From NCBI RefSeq assembly GCF_009914755.1, contig NC_060938.1: a stretch of DNA of 64,000 nucleotides, one strand, 5' to 3'. Numbering within the stretch: the first letter of the stretch is position 1; each line of letters begins with the position of its first letter. The notes below the pieces were generated by a model that worked only from the letters and a program-made list of their open reading frames with translations, was not told the DNA's origin and searched no databases. This document shows positions 1 to 16,110 of this stretch, one piece after another. Both the position numbers and the translations under genes were made by a program. This stretch comes from the human T2T-CHM13v2.0 reference genome, Homo sapiens.

Positions 1-817
<817 letters not shown>

Positions 818-818
818 A

Positions 819-841
819 TATATATATATATATATATATAT
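819..841. repeat. (TA)n microsatellite at the L1PA tail
   Basis: atatatatata... seen directly. Confidence 0.9.
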
Positions 842-2757
842 GGAATAAATTTAACAAAGGAAGTAAAAGATCTCTGCAAGGGCAACTACAGAACTGATGA
901 AATAAATTAAAGAGGACACAAACAATTGGAAAGACATTCCATTTTCATGAATAAGAAGAATTGATGTCATTAAAATGATTCTACTGCCCAAAGCAATCTA
1001 TAGATTCAAAGCAGTCCTTACAAAAATGTCAATATCATTTTTCACAGAATTAGAAAAAAACAATCCTGGAATTTGTATGAAACCAAAAAAGAGCCAGAAT
1101 AGCCAAAGCAATCCTAAGCAAAAAGAAAGTTAAAGGCATCATATTACCTAACTTCAAAATATAATATAATACAAGGCCATGGTAACAATAACAGTATAGC
1201 AGTCATATAAAAACAGACTTAGATCAATGGAATGGAGTAATGAGTCCAGACATAAATCCACATATTTTCAGCCAACTGACAATTTGTATAGTGCCAAGAA
1301 CATACAATGGGGAAAAGATACTATCTTCAATAAATGGTGCTGGGAAAACTGAATACCCATATGCAGAAGAAGAAAACTGGATGCCTATCTCTACCCATGT
1401 ACAAACCCAAGATGGAATAAAGACTTATATGTAAAATTTAAAACTATAAAGCCAACTAGAAAACAACATAGGGGAAACACTTTAAGACATCAGTCTAGGC
1501 AAAGAGTTAATGGCTAAGACATTGAAATCACCGGCTACTATAACAAAAATAGACAAATGGGACTATATTAAATTTAAAAGCATCTGCACAGCAAGGGAAA
1601 CAACAGAATGAACTGACAACCTGCTGAATGGGATAAAATATTTTCAAACTATTAATCTGACAAAGGATAATATCTAGAATATACAAAGAACCCAAATAAC
1701 TCAATAATTTTTTTAAAATCTCATTAAAAGTGGCCTAAAGACATAAATAGATATTTCTCAAAAGAAGACATAAAAAATGGCCAACAGGTATCTGAAAAAC
1801 TGCTCAACATCACTAATCATTAGGAAAATGCAAATCAAAACCACAATTACCTTACCAATTACCTTACCCCAGTTAGAATGGCTATTACTAAAAAGACAAA
1901 AAACAAAACAAAACAAAAACACAAAAAAACAGATACTGGTGAGGATGCAGAGAAAAGACAATTCATACACTGCTAGTGGGCAAGTAAATTAGTATACCCA
2001 CTACAGAAATCATTATGACAATTACTCAAAAAAAATAAAAATAGAACTATCACAATCTACCAATTCCACTGGATATTTGTCCAAAGGAAAAGAAATGTAT
2101 ATATCAAAGGGATACATACCTGAATTTGCACATTTATCACAGCATGATTCACAATAGCAAAGATATAGAATCAACCTATGTGTCCACCAATGGATGAATG
2201 GGTAAAGTAGCATATGTACACAATGGAGTAATATTCAGCAATTAAAATGAATGAAATCATGTCATGCAGTAGCATGGATGAAACTGGAGGACATTATCTT
2301 AAGTGAGATAAGACAGTGACAGAAAGACAAATACCACATATTCTCTTTCATATGTGAGAGATTAAAAAATTAGATCTTATGGAGATAGAGTATAGATAGA
2401 TATCAGAGGCTTGGAAGGTGTATGGGTGGGAGGAGGGGATAAAGATATGTTGATTAGTGGGTACAAATATACAGTTAGATAGAAGACATAAACCCCAATA
2501 CTTGATAGCAGATTAGAGAGAGTATAGTTAGCAACAATGTATTATATAATAAAAATAGCTAAAAGACAGGTATATAGTTAAAGAGGTAAACAGTTAAAAA
2601 ATAGCTAAAAATAGCTAAAAGAGCTATGTATAGAAATGATAAATATTCAGGGTAATGGATAGCCCAGATACCCTGACTTGATCATTCCACCTTCTATGCA
2701 TGTAACACATCCTCACATGTACCTCATAAATATGTAAAATATATTGTTATCAGTACA
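842..2757 (+). mobile_element. Older L1 (L1MA-type) ORF2 3' half and 3' UTR
   Basis: Decayed ORF2 motifs (ggaataaatttaac, aaatggtgctgggaaaactg, ORF 1777 MANRYLKNCSTSLIIRKMQIKT) and an L1MA-like 3' end ttgatcattcc...catgtacctcataaatatgta. Confidence 0.88.
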
Positions 2758-2834
2758 ATTGTTTTAAATCCTGTAGTATTTTTGGAACACTGTTGACTTT
2801 GGGTTGTTGAAACAATGGAAAGTAAAACCTACTG

Positions 2835-3160
2835 TATAATAAACCTGTAAATGTAATTAAAATGTTTTCTTGTGTTCCATGAGTTCATCTAGTCAACTAT
2901 CAAACCTGAGGTGGCAGGGGTTATCATGGGAACCTCAGAATCTATAGCTGGTAGGTTAGAAGTATGGATGGCAAACAGGGATTTGTAACTGGCATTTGAA
3001 ATGGGGCCAATCTAGTGGGGCTGAGTCCTTTAACTTGTAGGATGTATGCTAACTCAGGATATTTACTGTGAGAATTAAACTGAATTGTTGAATACCCAGT
3101 TAGTGCTGGAGAATTGGAGAATTGATGTGGAAAACACACCAGGTATTTGGTGTCAGAAAG
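2835..3160 (+). mobile_element. MER21-family LTR fragment, preceded by a short Tigger/MER8-like remnant at ~2770-2835
   Basis: aataaac...tcaaacctgag...catgggaacctc...gggctgagtcc...ctgaattg...tttggtgtcagaa resembles the MER21C 3' half. Confidence 0.7.
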
Positions 3161-3329
3161 AACAAAAGAACTGCCAATCAAGTTTTTAAATAAATCCAAT
3201 TTATTCAGTAGAGAACTATATGGAAATCATCTACTTGAGAAAAGATATTGAGCCATTTGTAGGATCTGTCTGAATGTATATAGAAGAAAAAAGGATTGAG
3301 ATGGCCAACATTTTTTAGGTTAACTCAGT

Positions 3330-3500
3330 ATATAATTGTGCTAGCACATTTCATATACTTATTACTTCATTTAATATTTATAACAAATGTGTAAAGTATT
3401 ATCACTATCTCCTTTTTATAGATAAGGAAATTAAATCTGAGAAGTTACATTTTCAAGCAACCCACACATTCCAGATAACAGGTTTAGATCCAAATCCAAA
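3330..3500 (-). mobile_element. MIR SINE
   Basis: tcatttaat...tttttatagataaggaaattaaatctgagaagtta, antisense MIR core. Confidence 0.65.
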
Positions 3501-3509
3501 TCACATGAC

Positions 3510-4165
3510 ATCAAAGTCCAAAGCTACACAACTCCTACAAACTAACATAGAAAAAAAGCTAGATGACCTTGGGCTTGGTGATAGCTTTTTAGATACAACA
3601 CCAATGGCATAATTATTGAAAGAAGTAACTTTTAAGCGGGACTCTATTGAAATTATTTTTTCATTGTTCTGCAAAGACACAGTCAAGAAAATGAAAAGAA
3701 AAACTACAGACTGGGAGAAAATATTTGCCAAGACATACTAATAAATGATTGTTACTGAAAACATACAAAAACTCTAAAAACTCAATAATAAGAAAATAAA
3801 TGACCTGATTTTTAAAATGGGCCAAAGACCTTAACAGACACCTCACCAAAGAAGACAGATGGAAATTATGTTTATGAGGAGATGCTGTGCATGATGTCAT
3901 CAAGGAAATGCAAATTAAAACAATAAAATACCATGATACGGCTACTAGAATGCCCAAAATCCGGAAGACTGACACCACTAAATGCTGGCAAGGATGTAGA
4001 GCAATGTGAATTTTCATTCGTTGCTGGTGGAAATGCAAAATGGCACAGCCACTTTGGAAAATATTTTGGCAGTTTCTTACAAAAGTATACATATTCTTAC
4101 CATGTGATCCAGCAATCATAGACCTTAGTATTTACTCAAAGGAGTTGAAAACTTATGTTTACAAA
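3510..4165 (+). mobile_element. Old L1 (L1MC/MD-like) ORF2 3' fragment
   Basis: gatgaccttgggcttgg...gactgggagaaaatatttgc...aaatgggccaaagacc...gatccagcaatc. Confidence 0.85.
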
Positions 4166-4750
4166 AAACAACCAACATGACAGTGCAGTTAAGTTCAGCT
4201 GGTAATTTTTTTGAGGAAGACTTTTTCAATAAAGGAAGTAGTGCATCAACTTACATTTTAATACAAACAACATAATCCTATTGTGCAGCTTATACAAAAA
4301 GCTTGCAGATCAGCCCCTTTGAGAAACACTGACCTGGACTCCATGCCTTAATCAAATAATTGGTCAATGTTTAACAGACAATGCAGGAAGGTCTGTATGG
4401 AAGGCAAAACTGTCATGACAGGACCCAGCCTGCTTTGAAATAAAAAAAATGAATGGAGATTTAGAATATATGCATTTAAAAATGTAGGTATCAGTGAAAC
4501 GTAGGCAGCTTTTTCTAAAAGGCAAAAGAATGTTTCAGCTAAAGACGTTTCAGGTACAATGAAACAAACCCCAATCTAATGGCATCCAAATTGTAAAGAA
4601 CAAACTAAAATTACCTCTGTTTGCAGATGATAGAAAACCATGCAGAAAACCCTGAAGATTCCATGTTAAATAGCTGTTATAACAAATAAATGAAATCAGA
4701 AAAGTAAAAAAGCAACAAAATCAACATACTAAATCAGTTGCATTTCTTCC

Positions 4751-4901
4751 TTTTTAAATTATTGTTATTTTTTTTTTTTGGAGATACAGTTTTATTCATG
4801 ATTACAGCTCACTGCAGCCTCTGACTCCTGGACTTAAGTGATCCTCCTGCCTCAGCCTCCCAAAACGCTGGAATGACAGGCATAAGCCACCACACCCAGC
4901 T
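4751..4901 (-). mobile_element. Alu monomer (FAM/FRAM/FLAM-like), internally deleted
   Basis: T-rich head, gctcactgcagcct...cctcagcctcccaaa...gccaccacacccagc; TSD aatcagttgcatttct / aatcagctgcatttct. Confidence 0.85.
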
Positions 4902-6557
4902 AATCAGCTGCATTTCTATACACTAACAATAAACATTTTGAAAAAGAAATTACAAAAAAAATCCATTTATAATAGTATCAAAAGTAGTAAAATATGTAAG
5001 AATTCATTTAAATACTTAGGAGTTAATTTAACCAAGGAATTAAAGGACATGTGCAATGGAAACTACAGAACATTTCTGAAAGAAACAAGACATAAATAAA
5101 TGAAAATACATCACATATTCATTAATTGGAAGACCTAATATTGTTAATACGTCAAAACTACCCAAAGACGTATGCAGATTCAACGCAATCCCTATCAAAA
5201 TCCCAATGGCATTTTTTTTGGCAGAAATAGAAAAACCCATTCTAAAATTCATATGAATCTCAAGAGACCCTGAATAGCCACAACAAATCTTGAAAAACAA
5301 AACAAAGCTGGAAGACTCGCACTTCTTGATTTCAAAAGTCACTACAGAGCTCCAGCAATCAAAACAGCGTGGTACTGGCATAAAAATAGACATATAGATC
5401 AATCAAACAGAATGGAGAACCCAGAAGTACCCCTTGCATATATGGTAAAATTATTTTGTACAAAAGAGGCAAGGTCATTCAATGGGGAATAGATAGTCTT
5501 TTCAACAAATGGTGTTGTGAAAACTGGATATTCACATGCAAAAGAATTAAGTTAGATCACTATGTACAGAAATTAATTTAAAATGGGTCAAAGGCCTAAA
5601 TGTAAGATTCAAAAATATAAAACTCTTAGAAGAAAACATGGGACAAAAACTTCATGACATGGAATTTGGCAGTAATTTTTTGGGTATGACACTAAAGGCA
5701 TGGATGACAACAGAAAACAAATGGAATTCGTATTTTTTTTCAAGTTGTGCATTAAAGTAGCAACAGAGTAAAAATGTAACCCACAGAATGAAAGAAAATA
5801 TTTGCAACTCAGATTTATGATAAGCAATTAGTATGGAGAATGGATAAAAACTCCTAAAACTCAACAAAAAAGCAATAGCTCAATTCAAAAATGGGCAAAG
5901 AACTTGAACAGATATTTCTCCAGTGATACTCAAATGGCCAATAAGCACATAAAGATGCTCAACATCACTAGTCATTAGAAAAATGCTAATTAAAACTACA
6001 ATGAGATGCCATTTAATATCCATTAGAAGAGCTACTACTTTTTAAAAAAAGAAAATAACAAATGTTGGTGAGAATGTAGAGAAATTAGAACCCTTAAGCA
6101 CTGTTGGAGGGAATGCAAAATGGTACAGCCACTGTGGAAAACAGTATAGTTGTTTCTCACAATTTTAAAAAACGAATTACTACATGATCCAGGGATTCTA
6201 CTTCTAAGTGTATATCTAATTGCAAGCAGAGTCTCAAAGATATATTTGTACAGCCAGGTTCATATCGGCATTATTCACAACACCTAAAAGATGGGATCAA
6301 AGCAAGTATTCATCAACAGATGAATGGATAAGCAAAATGAGGTCTATGCATACAATAGAATATCAATCAGCTTTTAAGGGGAATGAAATTCTGACATATG
6401 CTACAACATGGATGAACTTTGAGGACATTATGCTAGGTGACATAAACTAGTAACAAAAAGACAAATACTTTATGATTTCACTCACATAGAGTACTTAGAC
6501 AAGTTAAACTTTTAGAGACAAAAATAAAATAGTGGTTGCCAGAGGCTGGGGGAGGAG

Positions 6558-6870
6558 ATATCTTAGTACGTTTGAGTTACTATTAAAAAATACCATAAAT
6601 TGAGTGGCTTATAAATATTTATTTCTCAGAGTTCTAAAGGCAGGGAAGTTCAAGATCAGGAAACCAGCAGATTCAGTGTCTGAGGGGGGCCAGTTTCCTG
6701 GTTCAGACATAAGGCTTCTTGCTATGTCCTCGCATGTGGAAGGAGCAAGACAACAATCTTGAACCTCTTTTATACAGGCACTAATCCGATTCTTTAGAGC
6801 TCTGACCTCATGACCTAACCACCTCCCAAAAGGATCAACCTTCTAATACCTAACCACGTTGGTGGTTTAT
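6558..6870 (-). mobile_element. MLT1A/B-type MaLR LTR inserted in the L1MB 3' UTR
   Basis: tcttagt...ataccataaattgagtggcttataaa...aagttcaagatc...catgacctaaccacctcccaaa. Confidence 0.8.
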
Positions 6871-9804
6871 TTTCAGAGAAAATGGTGATTTATTTTCAGA
6901 GAAAATGGTGGAATAATTTTCAGAGAAAATGGAGAGTTATTGTTTAATATATTGAGAGTTTCAGTTCTACAAGATGAAAAGTGTTATGAAGATGGATGAC
7001 AGTGTTGGATACACAACATTAGGAATGTATTAATTCCACTAAACCATATGCTTAAAAATATTTGAGATGGCAAATTTTATATTATGTGTATTTTACCACA
7101 ATAACAAAAATGAAGTCAGTGGCTTAAAACAAACAAAAAACAAAAACACAGTGGCTTAGAACAAAACAAAAAAGAACAAAACAGAACATCAATGAACCAC
7201 TGTTACAGAAATTGAACCAACATTACTGTAAAGTTTAAAAAATAGAACTGAAAAAGGACAGAGACATCATTCTTTACCTCTAGAACAAATGATACTATTT
7301 GATGTGACTTCATACTTGTGAATCAGGAAATAAGAAAACAGCTTGGTTAGAGCTGTTTTTTCTAACAGTTAGTTAGACATTCAGGCAGAAATTTGCTTTT
7401 ATTTTACATTATCTAGCATGCATAAAAACCAATCTATGAATAATTCTTTGAAAATATAAAAAGGTTGATCCCAAAATGAAGCTATCATATCCGTTATTGG
7501 TACATATAACGTTATTAATTTGATATTGAATTGAGTTTGCTGTCTTCATTGTTTTATTTAATGACTGTCAAGATCGTTCATTCGTTCAGACACTTCTTCA
7601 GTTATTTAACATACTTTTTTTCTCATATTTTTCTAAAAGTAATTCTTCTAGAATTGAGTCTTCAGGAATATAATCTCACAGATAGAAAGGAACTGTGCTT
7701 TTCTTACTCATCTGCTCTCAAATTATATGCACCATTATTGAAACTAATGAGTAGATAATTGCAGATTAATTGTAATTTTAACAAGTTTATGCCTTGGAAT
7801 GTAAACATACCATTTTATATTATTCAAACTTCATCATTCTCATGGAATTTAAGACAGAAGTCAAAAAAGATTGTTTATCCAAATTATGTTACTAATGACA
7901 TGGAGACCAAATTCTCAATTCTTTATTATTTACAGTTTTGCTTTATAAAATAGATATTTACAGTTATGCTTCATAAAAAAATATACCATATTAGAGTACA
8001 CATGACTATATGACATATGTATCATCAAGCTCCAAGATTAAAAATTAACTCTAGAAATTTCATATCAGAAAAAAAGCCGATTTTCAAATTTCTTCTCTTT
8101 TTTTTTAAAACACTTTCACTAGTCATTCTAGGATTCAAGGCCCTCACTTTTTTCTTAAAGGATGATATGAATGGGAGGGGTTGAAATAAGAAGAGGTTAA
8201 ATTTCTAATATTTTTTTCCTGTCACAAGGACTGACAAACATTAATGCAAGAAAAAAAATAAAAGATGAAAACAGAGACTTCATTTTCTAGAATAAGTAAC
8301 CCTAACTATATTAGTAAGTAATCACAATTAGACAATCTATTTTATTATTGTCCACATTTTTACATCCAAATATGAAATGGTCATTTGATAATAGCCACAA
8401 TTAGGCAAATATTGGCCTCCCAGAAATGTAGTTAAAATGTTGCCGTTTGCACCAGGAAGTCTATTATAACTAACCATTTTATATGCTGATAGTTCTAATT
8501 AAGTCAGAATTTTACTTAAGAAGACAAATAGTTTGACAAATGCAATATAAATTGATCATCTTTTATAAACCAGTTACAGATATAATATTGATCAATAACA
8601 TGGTAGTAAACTTAGTAGGTATAAAACTTTTCAGAAATAAAGAATTTTTTCACAACAGCAGAAATTGGGGAGATAATGTAGGGGGACTCGGTAAAAAAAA
8701 TATCCTTGAAAATCTTGCTGGAGAAATTGTGAAGGCTCATCTTAGGCCAAAAAAGTAGATAATGTGTTGCTTTAGTCTCAGTAGTAAGGGACTATAAAAA
8801 TAAATTTCATCTCCAAAAATGAGAGTGAGTAGAGGTTGTTTTCTTTCCAGTTTTTGCTTATGGCTTAACAGTTTTTTTCAGAGTATCTTTATATTGAACA
8901 AGTATGTTTCTCATTTTATTTTTCTTGAGGATTAAAGACATTCATTATGTTCTAGGTATAATAGTTTCAACAAAACAACAAACAAAACAAAACAAAGCAA
9001 GAAAATAAAACTAAAATGATTATAATTCCAGTAGCTGTAAAATTGTGTCATATCAAGCATAGTGATCACATTGTCTTAATTTACTCTTTTGTCTATTATA
9101 ACAAAGATAAACATTCAGATGAAAAATATGTTAGGAACCATTCATATTTAGAAAATGTTTTAATACATCACTGTAATTAGGTTTCAAAATTGGCTTCTTC
9201 ATTTATTATAATTTAAGGAAGATATTTAACATATATGCTAATATTGAAGTGCTGAATTAAATGAAGAAATGAAATAAAGAATATGGGCATTAATTTAGAC
9301 AGTAATGTGTTTTGCTGCTGATATTAATTACCAGGCATTATAGTGGATGCTCTCATGATATACTTCAAAATAGTCAACAACTATAAAAATATATATTTTC
9401 ACTATATTTCACATACAGGTACTGAGAGAAGAAGCAATGCACTTTTTAATGTGCCATAAATTCCTTTATATCAAATAACTGTAAATATGAAGTTTCAGCT
9501 TTTGGAGATTATTGTTGTTAACAGGAAAAAGACTGTTATCATTGCCTCTGCCAAGTCATAGTTGCTGCATTTAGACACACTGAGAAAATACTATAGAATC
9601 CCTATTATAAAAAATGCTAAATCTTTCCTGAATGACTCAGAGAGGCAAGATAATATTTATATCTCCATTCACATTCAGTATTATGGTAACTACATTTTTC
9701 TTAGATACTGAGTTTGCAAAAAGGTCATTTCATAGACTTTCAATATATAGATGAATTGACTGCTCATGTAAACACAGGTTGCTATTCAACATTGTAACTA
9801 TGTA

Positions 9805-11843
9805 AAAACATACCTTGTTTTATTGTGCTACACTTTATTGTGTTTCACAGACAATGAATTTTTTACAAATTGAAGATCTGTGCCAACCCTGCATTGAGCA
9901 AATTTATTAGTGCCATTTTTCCAACAGCATAGTACTCACTTTGTGTCTCTGTGTGACATTTTGGTCATTCTTAAAATATTTCCAACTTTTTCTTTATTAT
10001 TATATCCAAAATAGTAACCTTTTTTTCAGTGATCTTACTATTGTTATTTCTATTATTGTTTTGGAATACCGGGAACTGCGCACATATGACAAACTTAATA
10101 TGTGTTGTGTGTGTTCTGACTGCTCTACCAACCAGCTGCTTCCCCGTCTCTCATATTCTCCTTCTCCTTAAGCCTTCCTCTTCCCTGAGACACAACAGTG
10201 TTGAAATTAGGCCAATTAACAACCCTACAATGGCCTTTAAGTGTTCACATGAAAGGAAGAGTTACACATCTCTCACTTTAAATCAAAAGATTAAAATGAT
10301 TAAACTTACTAAGGAAATCATATTGAAAGCTGAGATAAGCCAATAGCTAAGCCTTTTGCTCCAAATCGCCCACTTGTGAAAGCAAAGAAAAAGTTCATGA
10401 AGAAAATTAAAAGTGCTACTCCAGGGAACACAAAAATGATAAAAAGGCAAAGCAACTTTATTGCTGATATGGAGAAAATTTTAGCAGTCTGAATAGATCA
10501 AACCAGCCACAATATGCCCTTAACCCAAACCCTAATTTACAGCAGGGTCCTAACTTTCTTTAATGGTATCAAGGATGACAGATGTGAGGAAGCTGCAGAA
10601 GAAAAGTTTGAAGCTATCAAAGGTTGATTGATGGTGTTAAAGGTAAGAAGCCATCATGATAACTTAAAAGTGCAAGATGAAGCAGCAAGTGCTGATGTAG
10701 AAGCTGCAGCAAGTTATCCGGAAGATCTAGGTAAGGTTATTGATAAAGGTGGCTACACCAAACAACAGATTTTCAATGTAGATGAAACAGCCTTCTATTG
10801 GAAGAAGATGCCATTTAAACCTTTCATAGCTAAAGAGGAGAAGTCAATGCATGGCTTCAAACCTTCAAATTACAGATTGATTATACTGTTAGGGGCTAAT
10901 GTAGCTGGTTTAAGTGCATTAGTGTAAGTGTAAGTCAATGCTCAATTGCCATTCCAAAATCCTAGGGCCCTTAAGAATTATGCTAAATCAACATTATGAA
11001 TTATGCTACAATCTACATTTGTGATTAATAGGAGGAGGTCAAAATATCAACACTAACAGGAGTTTGGAAAAAGTTGATCCCAACACTCATGGAAAACTTA
11101 GAGAGGATCAAGACTTCAGTTGAGGAAATCACTGCAGATGTGCTGGAAATAGCAAGATAACTAAAATTAGAAGTGGAGCCTGAAGATGTGACTGAACTGC
11201 TGCAATCTCACAGAATAATTTCAGTGGATGAAGAGTTGTTTTTTATGGAGAAGCAAAGATAGTGGTTTCTTGAGATAGAATCTACTTCTAGTGAAGATGC
11301 CGTGAACATTGTTGAAATTACCACGAAGGATTTAGAACATTACATAATGTTCATTGATAAAGCAGTGGCAGGGTTTGAGAGGATTGACTCCAATTTTGAA
11401 AGAAGTTTTACTGTGGGCAAAATGCTATCAAACATCATGACATGCTACAGATAAATCTTTCATGAAATGAAATGATGAGTTAATCAATGTGGCAAACTTC
11501 ACTGTTGTTTTATCTTAAGAAATTGCCACAGCCTTCAGTAACCACCACCGCATTGAGTCAGCAGCCATAAACATCAAGGCAAGACCCTCCACCAGCAAAA
11601 ATACTATGACTCACTAAAGGTTCAGATGATTGCAAACATTTTTTAACAATAAAGTATTTTTAGTTCAGCTATGTACACTTTTTAGACATAATGCTATTGC
11701 ACACTTAATAGACAACAATATAATGTAACTATAAATTTAATATTCACTAGGAAACCAAAAAATTGTGTGACTTGCCTCATTTCAGAATTTGCTTTATTGC
11801 AGTAGTCTGGAACTGAACTCCCAATATCTTTGAGGAATACCTG
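9805..11843 (+). mobile_element. Tigger1 DNA transposon with a ~0.4 kb internal deletion
   Basis: Degenerate TIRs aaaacatacctt / gaggaatacctg with TA and TG flanks; ORF 10628 contains the DDE-region motif [15 protein letters not shown]. Confidence 0.95.
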
Positions 11844-11984
11844 TGTTTCAAATTCTGACTTTTGACCATCTTTGACTTTAAAAAGCCTTTATTATTTGTC
11901 TCTGGATAACAGCATATATTTATGACAATAAATAAATATCTATTGAGATTGAAGACTCCTTTCAAGAGACTTTTTAAGAGTCTG

Positions 11985-12306
<322 letters not shown>

Positions 12307-13290
12307 TTATGCTTTTATTACTACTGTATGCAAGTCAGCATTTCAGGCATTTTGAGAAATAATACAAAGTCCCTCTTTTCATAGGGCTTATGGCTAAGTT
12401 AAAGAAGATAAGGCGTAAATATATGAACCTTTAAATAATACAATAGATAAGTTTAATAGTTTAAGAATGTCAAGTGGTAGGTGTGAAAAGAGTGATATAG
12501 AGTTCCAGTACTGTAAGTTTTCACAAGAAGAGCGCATCACTGTAAGATGAAGTGATCCAGGTTATCATGACCTGTTTTGTAAACAAGCTTTTGATCACAC
12601 AGAGAGAAAGAAGTCGAGAAAATTGTGAGAAGGTAGCATTCACAGTAGAGAGGGGCTGGGACTAAAAATCAGAGCACTGTACACTTTCTGAGTCTGCATT
12701 TTTAATATACATGGGTCTTGGTTAACTAAAAGATATGGACTGGCCACAGAGGTGAATGATTCTACAAACAAAATCACAGGGTGACAAACCAAAAGCATAC
12801 TGACAGAAGTGATGGATAGGAGGATATCATCAGTTCAACTTAGAGCTTCAGAAGTTGAGCAATATGTGATATGCATATAATCGGATTTATGAGTCCAATC
12901 ATACATTCATAAGTATTTGAGCATCACCTAAATATTAAATACTCTTTCAGACATAGTATTTGAGTGATGTCAGATACAAGTGTTGTAACAAGAACTTTTC
13001 AATTTTCCTCAGTGTTTCAGCTATGTACACAAGTGACCACAATAAAAGACACCATATCATACGAGTACTAACATGAAAAGACTAGTATGGTAACCGTATA
13101 ATTTATCTTCCAAACTGTGTAAAGGAGGTCCATAAATTATTAAAATAGTATTATACTATGATTAAAATGGTGTAAAAGTAGTATTATTAAAATGGTATAT
13201 ATTAAAATAAAAATATTTATTTACAGATGGACAAATTAGTTTTAATATATTGGTATAACCAAAAATTAGTTCCTTTAAAAAACAAATGCT

Positions 13291-14043
<753 letters not shown>

Positions 14044-14919
14044 TTAAATTACATTGTATTGGTTAAAGGAGCATTACAAATAAAATAAACAAAACTGTTT
14101 TCGGCAAATAATCATGTACCTTATTCAGTGGCTTAGCTGAATCTCTCTAATATTCTCATTAATATTTTTCTGATAAATATATTTTCTAATGTGGTCATAT
14201 TATTTTTAATTTTTAAATAAAATTTTCTGAAATTTTCTTCACAGTTATATTTTATGACTTATAAATTTGAAATTAACAGAATCTTCAATTGGCTTTTCTC
14301 TGTCAACCGAAATATTCTATTAATAAAATAATGCCTTTAAGTGTGCTTCCAGCAAAGCATCATCAAAAAAATTCCTACCAAAAGTTGAGATATCCCAAGT
14401 GCCACTGGAGAATTAAAAATTAAATGACATACATTTGAGAACTTGTTTAATTTGTTTAGTCTCCTTGCTCTGTAGGGATGAATTTCAATATCTTCCTGGT
14501 TGCAGACCTGGTTTTCAGTAATATCAAGGTGCTGAAAGTGTCAAAATTTAAATTTTTTGGCACTTCACACATTAAAAGAGAATAGTTTCAGCTGTGTGGT
14601 AACTTTTCACTAACATATTTCTTGTCTTTGCCATTCAAAACAGATGGGAGACAGTGAGAATTTTGATTAATTCTCTTCTCCATCTGACAAACTGCTAACC
14701 TCATAATACTTATTGGGACTCTCAATAAAATTAGTTTGAATATTTATTTAAGTGCATAGAATTAATATTATAATTAACATGAATAGAATATTACAAGTAT
14801 ATTTATATATTAATTATAACTAATCTGATTGATGTTACAAGTGCAAATATAGTGCTGTAAGTATATTAGTAATAAAACATAGTTATATTACTTGAATAAA
14901 GATACGTCAAATATTTTAC

Positions 14920-15180
14920 ATGATTCCACTGGATATCTCAGAACTCTAGATTCCAACCCCCAGGGCATATGTACCAGTCTCTACATCTGCATCATCAGTC
15001 TTGCTTCTTTACTTATGTTATCAAACACAGAAAATCATATACTCAGTATTTCATTTTCCTGGTATTCCAAATGAGTATCTGGTGTAAATTTCTACTTCCT
15101 CAAACTGCTTCACTTCCTCTTCCTTAATAATGTTCAGTAGAAGTATTCCTATTTGTCATACAAATACGGAAGCATTCATT
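14920..15180 (+). mobile_element. L2 fragment
   Basis: Weak: tccactggatatctc...aaactgcttcacttcctct, pyrimidine-rich L2-like text. Confidence 0.35.
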
Positions 15181-15949
15181 TTATTTTTACTTGTGTGTGG
15201 GCAGAAAGTATTTTCTAATTGGAAATATTATGAGTGTTTCAATTATATTTTGTATATTTTATGTAATTCTATTTTTGATTATATTTTATATAATCAAAGC
15301 ACCCATACTATTTCCAATTAGAAAATAGATGCTTTCTGCTCACACCATCTCTAACTAGAAAATCAGTGCAATTATATCAAAATCATGATAGTGGTTTCCA
15401 GTGGATTCTTGTATCCAGCTGTCCCCATTACATTTCTCAAGAATACTTACCTTGTCCATCAATTCCACAGTTATAATCTTACACAATGGATTTATAGTAC
15501 TACAGTTTGTCCTTAACTATTTAACTAGATGTGTTCTGGTAATCATATCAAAGTACTGATAGATGAATAGTTAGTTGGAATTGCCAATTTGCAAAAGAAT
15601 TAACAATTACTTCCACGTTCTAATTTTCTGTTAAGAAAAAATACAAAATTTATACTTAATTTTCCACTTTGCCCTTTCATATTTAACACCTAGTTTTGCT
15701 AACAGTGGCAAAACTTAAGCTTGGACCTAATAACAGTCATTCTAAATTATACTTAATCCTGAAATTTCTAAGTAGGCACTTGCTGAATTTCCCTTAAAAT
15801 ACTTTTAACTAGTAATTGTTCTTTAAATATCAGTACATTTTTTTCATATTCATTTTCTCCCTTAAATCTTCAGAAGAGAATTAGACAGCAGTAAAAGAAG
15901 AATAGAGTAGAGCTACAGACATGGAAAGAGAACTCTCCTCCCATTGCTC

Positions 15950-16110
15950 AAGCTGATAGCTTCAGTTACTAGGACCAAACTACTGACCTTCTGTGGGATT
16001 CAATTCCTAGTTTGCATTTTGTGAATCTTAGATTTAGATTTCTCCTGTCTTTATCAATGAGTTCTTATAAAGATTAAATGAAATAACGTGAAAGTGACTA
16101 GAAAGAAGTG
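15950..16110 (+). mobile_element. MIR fragment
   Basis: ggattcaattcctag...ttctcctgtct...aagattaaatgaaataacgtg. Confidence 0.5.

Larger units (their letters stand above)
4580..7110 (+). mobile_element. L1MB-like element (ORF2 RT to 3' UTR) interrupted by an Alu monomer and an MLT1 LTR
   Basis: ctctgtttgcagatga (FADD codons), gattcaacgcaatccctatcaaaatcccaatggc, ORF 6220 ...YATTWMNFEDIML, and 3' end tgtgtattttaccacaat. Confidence 0.88.
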
